A program made the position numbers and the translations under genes. A model generated the notes under the pieces. The model ran no database searches. It was given only the letters and a program-made list of their open reading frames with translations, and was not told where the DNA came from. 64,000 nt of DNA from Antedon mediterranea (lineage: Eukaryota; Animalia; Echinodermata), in the NCBI RefSeq assembly GCF_964355755.1, contig NC_092671.1:20646001-20710000 (forward strand). Direction: 5' to 3'. Below are positions 25,801 through 37,800 of this stretch, one piece after another. Each line of letters starts with the position of its first letter. Within the stretch, counting starts at the first letter, position 1.

Positions 25801-28800
25801 AGGCCTTGTCTGGATATCCACCAAGATTTCTTATCCAATTCTTTTGCACTAGCAACACTTTTAGAAATGATTGCTTGTAACTCTGCAACAATTTCACTAA
25901 GCAGTTTACTATCATCATCATTCTACAAATGTCAGATTTGTACTGATAAGTAAATATTTTTTAACATGCAAAGCTACTTTACAACGCAGTTATTATCCTG
26001 CTGCTTCCTTGGGCTCGAATCGAACCCTAGCCAGGCTGGGAGGTTGTGGGTTCGACACACTCCCAAGAAAATAATTTTGCAAGAGTATAGTGAACATTTT
26101 TAATAACTCTCTGATGCAAAGCTACACAACAGAATAAACATGATTATCATCTGTTTAAATCTAATCGTCTTGGCACAAAATTAATTCGCACAAATTAAAA
26201 TTAAAAAAAAATATCTTGTTTGTTCAGCCTCCCAGAAAGAAGTAATGTATTCAAAACAAGATTGGCGATGTCAAACAGAAAACTTGTTCCAATTCTTTAG
26301 TCTAACCTGCTTCCATAACAATAATTTTATAAGAAAATTAGTACTGCAAATGTACTTACTTTAACTGGAATTTTAAGCACTAACGGATCAAAACCATTGA
26401 CAAGTCTTGATACTAGCAAACAATCCACATCATTAAGTTTGGATTTGGTGTCATCTACACCAAGACCAACAGCTGCCATTGTAACTACTGTCCATCCTAA
26501 AGAAATGTCATAGTTAATGTGTTTATGGATTAGCCATGGCAAAATATAATTATTTTATCTTCCACAACCCTTTTCTAAAAGAAACCACTTCCAGTAGTAT
26601 ACTCCTAACCATGTCAATATGGTTTCCTATCTGCAGGCAACATGACAGTATTAGCCAAACCATCTGGCAACCTAGTACTATTACAGTACAAGGAAGACTC
26701 TGAATCAAGTTTTTCTAGAAAACATCAGAAGTTGTTATAGAACTGGGCATTAACCATAGATGCATAGACGGCTTTGCATATTTTGTACACAAAGAATGTA
26801 ATAACTAAAGTCATGCATTGCACAAGAAAAATGGGAAAACCAACTTTATAATTGTTTAATAGACTGGAATCTTTGTTGGAAAAACAAAGTTAAGTGTTTG
26901 TACACATAAAAAGGGTTGCCTTTTAAAATTTTAAGTTGCTACATAATATTTTAACAACTACGTGTAAGCTTAAATTATGGAATTTGTCCAACTGCAATTA
27001 TTGTGAATATTGTAATGAGGAGCAAATGAGAAGCATATGTTATTTACATGCAGAGTACAAAATTGCTGGGTAAAATGTTGCACCATGTTGGAAACATGTT
27101 TTGCATTTAGTCAGGAAATTACATGGGAGAAATTTGTACTTGGAAAATATGATGTCAAGTGAATTAAATATTTTCCATTTTAACCTTTTGTATTATAAAA
27201 TTAAAGGCAGTCATAAACATTTTAGGCAAATTGCCGAAGATAACCCATAAACCTCAAAAGGTGGCAATCCTGTTCACAAGACAAACATATATACAAGATT
27301 CTCTACATAAACAAAGACTTAATACAAGTCTTTGGGAGTAGAGTTGCAAATTGTCATTAGAAAAAAATCCTGACATATGACAGGACTTGAACCCAGGACC
27401 CTTGGATTTGTAGCCAAGCATCATAACCACCAAGCCACAACTCCACTCTGAATAAAATAGAGGGAAAAGATGATTTTGTTGTTGTTTTTGTTTTCTTACT
27501 ATTGTATTTAAAAATTCAATAGTGGGAGAGTTGATAATTATTATTATTAATTGAAAGTTAAATGTCAGTTGTATTTGCATTATACTATTACATTAAAATC
27601 AAGTGCAATGCATTGTAAATTAACATTTTTACTGATGAGGAAATAAAAGTGGGTTGAACCTACATAACACAAAAAAAAACGCAACATGCACATACATTAA
27701 AATTGAGCGCAAAAAGTTGATGTGGCCTGATGCATAGGTGTAGTGCTGAATTGTGCCTACTATTTTTCATAGAATAATACAGTATATACAGTGTAGCATA
27801 TAGGTGAAATTACAGACCCACAATTTTTTGGTATGATGACGTTATCAAAATCAAACATGAAGATGACGATTTCGGAAGATAATGATTAGAGCAAAAAGAT
27901 ATAAGATTTGGAAGAAAATTGGACACTTAGCGCGGGGACATGCTCTTTCAAATTTGATAAAAAACTTTAAAAAAAAACTTATTAAAGTCAGAGAAGATTG
28001 GGCACAGATAAGCGAGACGCGCTCTGTTGAATGTCATTATGATGATAGAGAAAAAATTGTTTTAATTCAGATGACGCCATACAAATGTGTACATGAATTC
28101 ATATCTACAACCCAGTAGGAGCAAGGCCATTTATAAGTCATTGTTAAAATTTTGTAGATGATGCATTGTTGTACTTAAAACCAGTGAAGTTGAGTAAAAA
28201 GAGGAGCGACATGTTTATGTTTCCTAAGGTTATACACCAGCCTAGCTTACCCTCTGGAAGTTGCTGAGTGATTTTCAAAACACTGTTGTCCTGCTGGTTT
28301 AGTTGCAAGATTTGTTTTTCAATCATTAGTTTGTTAATTTCTTCATTGTTAGGTATGTCATGGTCAGTTTTTAACTTTCTGGAAAGAAAATCATCATAAT
28401 AATTAAAATAAATTCATTTTAACCGTCAATAACTAATTATCTAACTCAACTTACTTAGTAAACAGGGTTGAAATCAGTACAGAACGTATGAACCAACTTT
28501 ATATACCATCGAGTAACAATTTACGCGATTTAATGAATTTTGAATATATATAGTTAAAGTGTTAGTGTAGAAAATAACTTACCTATGCAGTCTGGTTAAG
28601 CTTAAAAGCTTCTGATGTCTCAATGTGTTAGCCATGCTCTTATTGAGATAAAACGCAAACTTCTGAGGATCAACATCTCCATGACACATGGCCAATAACT
28701 GACATACTTGGTTGAATATGGGGATAGGAGCCTTGTGTTTGATTAAGTTATAGGCCTGGTTGAGAGTGTCTTTTATCACTGAAACTGAAAATAATATGAT

Positions 28801-31800
28801 ATTAGGTTTTGATCAACTAAGATGTAATTGCACTGCATACCTAGTACATACAGATACAGAACATCTTATTGTCAAAATAACAAACAATATGAAATTTGAA
28901 TAATTTCTTGTAACAAAGGAAATTGATGCAAGCAATTCAATATACTGTATGGACTAAGCTGACAAATTATGTGGATATACTTTCTCAAAGTGACACGTAT
29001 GTAACCGTTGACCTCTAGATTATTGCAACAGATGATACATCGGTGAGACAGGACGGAAATTGGGCACTCGACTAAAAGAACACGAAAGGACGTTGATTTG
29101 GTATTGGAGCAAACGTACACTCGATCGCAACGCAAACAATCAGAAATTACTGACCATGCGGCGCAGACAAATCACGCTATTGATTGGGATAATTTGAAAG
29201 TAGTGGAATTGGTCAGATTAAGATGCTGTGTTAAGGAATCCATCTGGATCAGGAAGAACCCCAATTTAAATAGAGATGAGGGTGGGTACAAACTCAGTCA
29301 AGTGTAGACCAATGTGTTGACCCCATCATCTAGAGGTCAATGGTGACATAACGTGTCACTACACTTTGAGAAAGCCAACTGATAGTAGGCGAAACGTCAG
29401 GTAAACAATTGTTATTTACTATTATAACCTACGGTTGAGATATAATTAACTATTACATTTTATTGGTAAATAACTTCATTAGAAAAAACAAATATCCTAG
29501 CCTAGGCCATCTGAATGAAATTACATGAACTTAATTCAATGTTGTATTTCATCTTTCACCTCATACAATTATTTGTACCATTCCACTCATAAACTTTCAT
29601 TATTTGTATTAATATTAACTATTTATTGAAGGAAAACATCTGTAACTGTAGAGATTTAGAAATATAAGGAATATTTAAAATGTATTGTCCCCCTGAAAAA
29701 ATAATTCGTAACACATTTTTTGTTGAATATGCCATTATAATGTAACATAATAGTTATACACATTGACCAAAAATTAGATCGAAAGAAAATGTATTTACCT
29801 GAAAGAACTGGAATTTAAAGCCAAAAAATGGTGAAATTGGCTGCCAGCTAAGTGAAAACATCATTTTTTTCCGGTTTTTTTCTACGGAAGTGATTAACTG
29901 TATTAAAACTACAAAATAGCATATTCAAAGTCTGATTGAATTAATCTTAATTTTTTATGTTTTTGGGGGACAATACATCTTAAAATTTACTGTACTAAAC
30001 CTGAATTCTGTATTTTGATCACATCATCAATTTCCAACAATTTTTTGTCAGCTTGAAGTATCTTGTTCAGTTTGTGTTTATCTTCTGGCAATCTGGACTT
30101 CCTAATATATTCTTTCCTGTCATCAATATCATCTGATTCACTTCCAACCCTGAGTATTTCAATCTCACTGTGCTCATGCATATTCATTTCATCAATAGTT
30201 AGAGTGTTGACGATCTGTATGTCATCATTAATGAATGGTGGCGTTTGCAATGAGTCTTCTGATAGCTCTGAAATTGCACTAAGCTCAAAAACATCATTCA
30301 AAGAATAATTACCATTTCTCATTGTTTCCACAGACATAACAGTTTTTGGTTTTCGCCCTCCTCGCTTTCTTGATTTAATCTCAATTTGTGTTTCCAATAT
30401 TGCTTCAACTTTCTCATTTTGCTTCTTTTCACTTGTCTTTTTTTGGTCATTAGACTTCTTTTGTCTTCCTCGAGTTAACTTACATGGTTTTTCATCTTTA
30501 CTACCTACGTCTTGTGTTGATTTTTTCCTGCGATCCCTCAGTGTTCTCTTTGTTATTTGTTGTTCCTCTTCCTCAATCTTCTCCACTAAAATGTCATCTA
30601 AAAGTTTCTGTTTGGTTTTGTTAGATAAACTTGTCTTAGAATACTCTTCAAATTGATTAGCAAGTACCATTGCTACTTTTGATTTCTTTGAAGATTTAGC
30701 TCTAGTTCCTTTTTTTGTTTCTGTTGTGTTAGGTTTTAAATCATGATCATTGTCTTTATCATCACAAAATATGGCATCATCTTTGTTACACTTTCTTTCT
30801 TTCTTTTGCTGTCGAATTTTTTTAGATGTACTTGTGATGCTACAATCTTCTATATTTCCATCATCAGAATCTGTATCAAAACTGAACACATCTTTTTGTA
30901 TCTTTTTCGACCTCGTTTCTTGTTTTACTTTAGATTTTGTTCTACTTTTCTTAACACTGTAATTTACATTTCCCCTTTTAGCTTTCATTGTACATTTTTC
31001 TGGTTCATCAAGTATATCATGGATAATCCCCAGTTCACATTCATTTAAGGATTTTTCAGAATCAGACTTTAAAGACTTACTATATCTTGCCATTTCTGGT
31101 CGAACTTCAGTAGAGACAAGGTGGATCCAGTTTGGTTTGCAATCTTTAGTTTCTTGACATTTTAAGTTTGAAGAGTTGCAACAAATGCTTAGTTCCTCAA
31201 ATCGTTTTGCTAATTTATCACCTGTGTTATTACCAACTTTTGGTTTAGAATGTTGTCCTTTCCAGAAGCAACTAAAAATGTCCATTGATTCACAGCCATA
31301 CTCAATTGCACATTGATGGATATTGCATAATGCACCTGTAAAATGCAGTTTGCATAATGTATTTAGATCTTTGCTGAGAAAGAAAGTACTAGTCTGAAAT
31401 AGATCAAGACCCTTCTCATAATAGTCCATTGCTAAAGAAAACCGTTCTTGTTTAATAAAACAAGATGACATGTTTGCATACAAATGAAGAAGTGGTGAAT
31501 TTAGTCCTTGATATATACTTTCTGGTGTTTTGGATGCATTAAGGTGTTTCTTTCTAGTGTCTTGGGTGACTTCTTGCAACGTACATATGGATTGAAATTC
31601 CATTGAGCCTCTGGCAATAACATCACTGAAAAACTGGTTTACAGCTCTTAACATGTTTATCTCTTCTGCATGATCTCCTTCTACATTGCAGACTTCTGCT
31701 TGTAGTATCAACATTTCCATGTCCAACCTCTGCAGTATTATATCAACACAGGCTGAACAATGGCAACAGTCAGGGTGTTTACTATAGTCTGGTACACCTA

Positions 31801-34800
31801 ACTTGCACACTTTCAGACTTGGTGAAGAATCCATACAGAACATGTTATCCGACATATGTTCAGTGGTCAGAGACAATTTCCGACTATGTATGAAGTTGTC
31901 CTCATCATCTGACACATCAAAGCTGAAGGAATTTGAAACTGATGAACTTTTGTTGGTACTTCCTTGAATTAAGACAAAGTTGTTTTCATCCATGTTTAGA
32001 AAATATTTCGATCTCTCAATATTCGCTTTTGCTTCAACAAGTTCACCAGCAACCAGTTTAACTCGTGCAATATCCATGTGAAACTCAGAACATCTATAAA
32101 TGTAAATATTACAATAATTTTGTTTTAATAAATTATTTTTTTAATGTTTTTTAATAATTGTACAAAAAGTCAAAAATCAATACCTTCTTGGAACCATGAA
32201 CTTTTCTGCCAAGGTCAGTCCTTCAGAAAGGTAACACTGTGCCTGTCTAACACATCCTTGCTCTGTATACTGGCGACCAATATAAAGTAGTGAATCAAGA
32301 ACTGATCCAATAATGGACCATTTAGTCATACCACAGTTATCTGTTGAAGAAACATTTTTAAAACGTTAATTTACTAAAATGTTATTTCAGATCAGTTAGC
32401 TTTTTGAATGAATCCTTGAGAACAATTTTCAATTAAAAAAATGATTAATAAAAATAAAATGTATTAATAAATCAATATTCACAAAGGACAAGGCACAAGA
32501 ACATTTTTAATTTGTAAACAGTCTATGTTCATTTAATCTATAGATTAGATTAAATGTGTTGGCCAATAGTAATACCGTATATTTCGGTGTATAAGTCGCA
32601 CCTGTGTATAAGACGCACCCCCTACTGAGAGTAAAATATCGGTATTTTTTATATCGTCGATGTATAAGACGCACCTTATATTTCATCAAAACAATGTTTT
32701 TTTTAAATTGTAATCAATATTATTGTAATAATATTTGTTATATCTACAACGGCGTCCTTTATGTAGGTTTTTTCTTACCTAGGCTTGGCCACGCCCAGCC
32801 TCAACAAGTTGTTTCTAACTTGTTATTCATGAGTTTCGCACCCGTGCAATATCGAGTGCATGACCGTGTGTGTAACACGCACGTGTGTGGGCTAGCCTCG
32901 CTCGATCATTTCGAGAGGGCGCACGTTTTCACGGACAATCGTATTCGATTAGTATCTATGTATCCGAGAAGTGTGTACGCTAGGTCCATGCTATAATCAC
33001 ATGGAGAATATACTAGTCGAATACCGTACAACATGTGGCCGCCAAGAAGGGCTTGCGCTGGGGGTACGGCGGTCGGCGATCGTGCGTATAACTATAAATA
33101 AATACTATTCCAATCCTATACGTTTACAAATGAAATTTTATCGGAGCGCCTAAAACAGCTCCATAATAAACAAATCTTTTTATCATATTCAGTATAACAT
33201 CACGCTAAAATGCCTTGAAAACTAGGCAGAAGCAGGTTGCCGTTACGTTAGTACACCTGTAGCTAGGCCTAGCCTACTCAGGCCTAGCCAACGAGGTGAC
33301 GATATGTACACTCTGTGGTGAGGCATTTATGTTCGGTGTATAAGACGCACCCTTAATTTAGAGTTCAAATTTGCGTGTCAAAAGTGCGACTTATACACCG
33401 AAATATACGGTAGGTGTGGCAACAAGAAGCACAAGGCAATCTAACAACAGGACGCTGAGCTCAGCCAGATCAAAGGGTAACCGTTAGTTTTTAAATGATC
33501 AGTCTCTGACAACTAAACATTTTATTGCCAGTGGTATATTGTATTAAGTTTATATCTTGTAATATCATCTATTCAATTAAACCACTGAAAAAACCGGGAC
33601 ACTCAAATTTTGAAAAAAGGAACAGACACAATGAACATGGTTGATGGCGGACACTTTCATATATCTATGATGACATCATTCAGACCCAGGAAAACAAAGA
33701 CCAACGCCAACTTGCAATAAAACACATGGCCCTCAATAATACTGAAATTACTTTTAGACTAATGGCAAACAGAGATTTTTCTTTTTTAAATGGTCACATA
33801 TGATGAGGAGATCTAAATTTGTGCATCACACCTCTGTCACTCATCCCGATGATATTCAAATTACAGTAGCTTAAATATGCATATTAGGGTGAATTTACAG
33901 GGTTACCATATCTCAAAAAACTACTAGTCCGAGAGAGTTGATTTTTTCATTGATTCATTCAAAAAGCATACATTTATATGTGCTCTAATAAAAATTCTTG
34001 ACCCCATTTATCAATGTTTGCATACATAATGCGACTAAAATGTCTTTGTTTTGGACTCAAATGACTCGGATACAGGTTTCCTATAGTTGACATACTGTAG
34101 GACCGCTTTGTAATTCCCAAAATCATGCCTTTGTCATGCACCTCGAAATTATGCTAATTAGTAGTACAAATTACATGAAATATGCAAATAAGCGGGTGAG
34201 ATTACAGTTTTCCTATATCTCGAATACCATTAATGCTGGAAAGTTGATTTTTTCAAAGCCTTATTCAGAATGTACATATTTATATTTGCTCTAATAAAAC
34301 ATTTTACCAAAAAATTATCAGAAATATGACATTTGATCCTCAACCCTATTTCTCAACTAAATGCAATGTAACTAAAATGTATGTTTTGGCCTCAAATGAC
34401 ATGGATACAGGTTTTATATAGCCAGTATAGGACCGTTTAGTAATTCCAAAAGTCATGCACCTCGAAAGTATGCAAATTAGTAGTATAAGTTATACGAAAT
34501 ATGCAAATTACAGTGAATTGCCATATCTCGAAAAACGATAATGACCAATATGAGATATGGCAACTTTCACCCGTTGTACTACTAATTTGCATACTTTTGA
34601 GGGAAGTGACAAAGGTACTGTGATTTTGAGAATTATTAAACAGTTCTATACTGGCTATAGAAAATGTATTTGAGGCCAAAACAAAGTCTGTACAGACATT
34701 TTAGTTGCATTATATGCAAATATTTAGAAATAGGGTCGAGGGTCAAATGTCATACTTCCGATAATTTTTGAGTAAAATGTTTTATTAGAGCGAATATAAA

Positions 34801-37800
34801 TATGTACATTCAGAATAAAGCTTTGAAAAAATCAACTCTTATTAATGGTTTTCGAGATATAGGAAGATGTAATTTCATCCCCATATTTACATATTTCTTG
34901 TAGTTTGTACTACTAATTTGCATACCTTCGAGTTGAGTGACAAAGAAGGAATCGTAGGAAACCTGTATCCGAGTCATGTGATATATAATTTGCATACTTG
35001 GGAGGCGAGTGATACAGGTGTGATTTTGAGATTTACTAAACAGTCCTATGTTGGCTATTGGAAACCTGTATCCAAGTCATTTGAGGGCAGAACAAAGTCT
35101 CTACAGACATTTTAGTTTTATTATATAATGCAATATTGAGAAATGGGGTCGAGGGTCAAATATTATACCTTCGGTCATTTTTTAGTAAAATGTTTTATTG
35201 GAGCAAATAGAAATATGTACATTCAATAAACTCTCTAGCATTAGTGATTTTCAAGATATAGGACAACTTAATTTTTCCCCCTTATTTGCATATTTTATTT
35301 TAAAACTTGTACTACTAATTTGCATAATTTTGGAGGATTTTAGTGACAATAATTGTGTATGCAAACATTGAAAAATGGGGCCGAGGGTAAAATGTTGTAC
35401 TTCCGGTCATTTTTTCGTAAAATGTTTTATTAGAGCAAATATAAATATATACATTTTGAATAAATCAGTGAAAAATATCAACTCTCTTGGACTAGTAGTT
35501 TTTGAGATATGGTAACCTTGTAATTTCACCCTAATTTGCATATTTAAGCTAATTTGCATATAATCGGGATGAGTGACATAGGTGTGATGCTCAAACTTTG
35601 ATATCCTCATCATTCAAATGTGCCATTTAAAATAGAAAAATCTCTGTTTGCAATCTGTTTCACTTCGGGCTGTTTTTTAGATAGGATGCCTAGCCTATTT
35701 TTGTTTTTTTTTGCACTTGGATCAACCAAAAAGAACATTTACTCCAATATCATGTGCTGTAGTAAACCACTGTAATTCATTGTTATAATTCTGGTATATA
35801 TGCAAATCACATATAAATGCAACGACAGCTAAAAGGCTAAAAAGTAGTATTTTACAATTCATTTAATAAAAAAAATATTATTAGTTACACCCTGCTTGTT
35901 CACGGAATACGGGAAATATACTATGTTTTGGTTCCATATTCCATAAGGCCGGCCTCATGGAATATGGAACCAAAACGTAGATATTTCCAGTATTTCGTAA
36001 GAACAAGCAGGGTGCAATGATTTTATCTCTTAGCACATAAACAACGCGCGCATAGAACCATCAAACAGGTAATATGGGATATATTCCCCTTCTGATCCAC
36101 TTGACTGAGTAAATGGGCGTAATACAGAATTATATCTCATACATATTGACCAATCGGGTTACAGAATTCACGTACAACGTACACTCACGCCCATATTCTT
36201 AAACCGGACTTTAGTTGTAGTTCGAGCTAAAACTAAAAAAATGACGTCATTTTAATTCATAAACCGAACTTCAACTAAATCACCGACTAAATCAGGCCAA
36301 CCTCGACTAAATCGAGATGGATTTTGATCGATTTTTTTAGTCCTGGAGGGGGCAGGCTAAATGGTCGACTAAATGGTTTTTAAACGATGTTTATAAAAAA
36401 CGTAACAGTCATTGAGTTGTTATATTGGCCAGATATTGAAGAATGAAATATCTATATTTATATTAGCTTAATTAAATATACATTGGTATAAGTTATAATA
36501 ATGAAAATCATCTTTATTTACAACTGTATACAAATTACATTATTTTCTTCACGCAAGTCCGACTTCAGCTACGTCACGCCATAGCGACAATGGGAGATGC
36601 GGTAATTCACCACGCAATGGAATGTTTAGGGGGCCTAGCGCTTTCTTGTCACGCTATGAAGTGCGTGGTTCGTCGCGATCATACTTTGTTGGGGGCCTAG
36701 AAAATATAAAAGTTACCGTACCGCCATGGTTCTTAAATATATTTTGAAGATTTTATTTATACTTCACTGTTAAATTAATACTGATATTGTTCTAATAATT
36801 AACGATTAAAATTATTTTTCATGTATATAGTCCTGATGCGTAAAACGTGTTGTAAGAAATGGAAAGTGATATCAATGCGCAAAATTTCGTCTGCTCCTCA
36901 AATACTCATTGGCAAAATGTATAGCCTTTGTTACCTCTTCGAACTACGACTAAAGTCCGGTTTAAGAATACGGGCATAAGAGATAAATTTAAAGGCGAAA
37001 GGTCACTATTTATATATCTGTAGGTGTGAGGGAAATTTGCATTGTGTCAGCCTATAACTCCACAAATATAATATTGTACACTGTTTGGAAGCAAAATTGT
37101 TTTGGTCCTAGATACGAAAGACATTAATACATTTTAAATTAACAAATAAGTTTTACCTCCTATATTTTCAGGATTTAACAAGACATTGTGTTTATTTTCA
37201 CAGCTGCTGCACATGTCATTGCCTAAAACAAGCCTAGCAACACCCATTCTAAGTTTCAGTGAATCATGAAGGAGATCAAGTGGTGTTGGTAGATCAGGGC
37301 ACACCTTGTGCAGGTCACAACCATCGGTCATGTCTGTTGGTAGATTCAGAAGCTCAGCTGATAATTCCATTACACAGGCTTTGATCATGTATGCCTGTCT
37401 GTTGCGTTGCTCTAAAAGTTCAGTTTTCTTGATTTTTACAAGTATATCTACAGCATCTTTCACCTAAAAAGTACAAAATTGTTGAATAAGCATCATCAAT
37501 TATATTCTATTCTTTCATGATCAAATTATCAAATATAGTAAAAGGCCAATTAAAAGTGTCCATTTTTCTTGATTAGTACTTGTTGTAGAAAAATAAGATT
37601 TTGAAATAAAAAATCCATAAAGATTGGTCTTTTTATGTCGAGTGTCTGTGTTTTTAATTGAGAAGAACCATCACAGAATACCTGGCAAGCACAGACATGA
37701 CGACAGGAATTGGATTAAAACCCACAACTGCCTAAACTAGAAAGCCACTCCGAGAGTGCATACCTCCGCCTACTGTAAAATTCTCCTACATAAGATTTCT

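Noticed and set aside
26010-26066. tRNA-like GGTTCGA segment
   Set aside because: Cannot be folded as a cloverleaf; at most a SINE remnant
30063-31048. Plus-strand ORFs inside the giant exon
   Set aside because: Antisense shadows of the K/E/D-rich coding strand with no recognisable motifs
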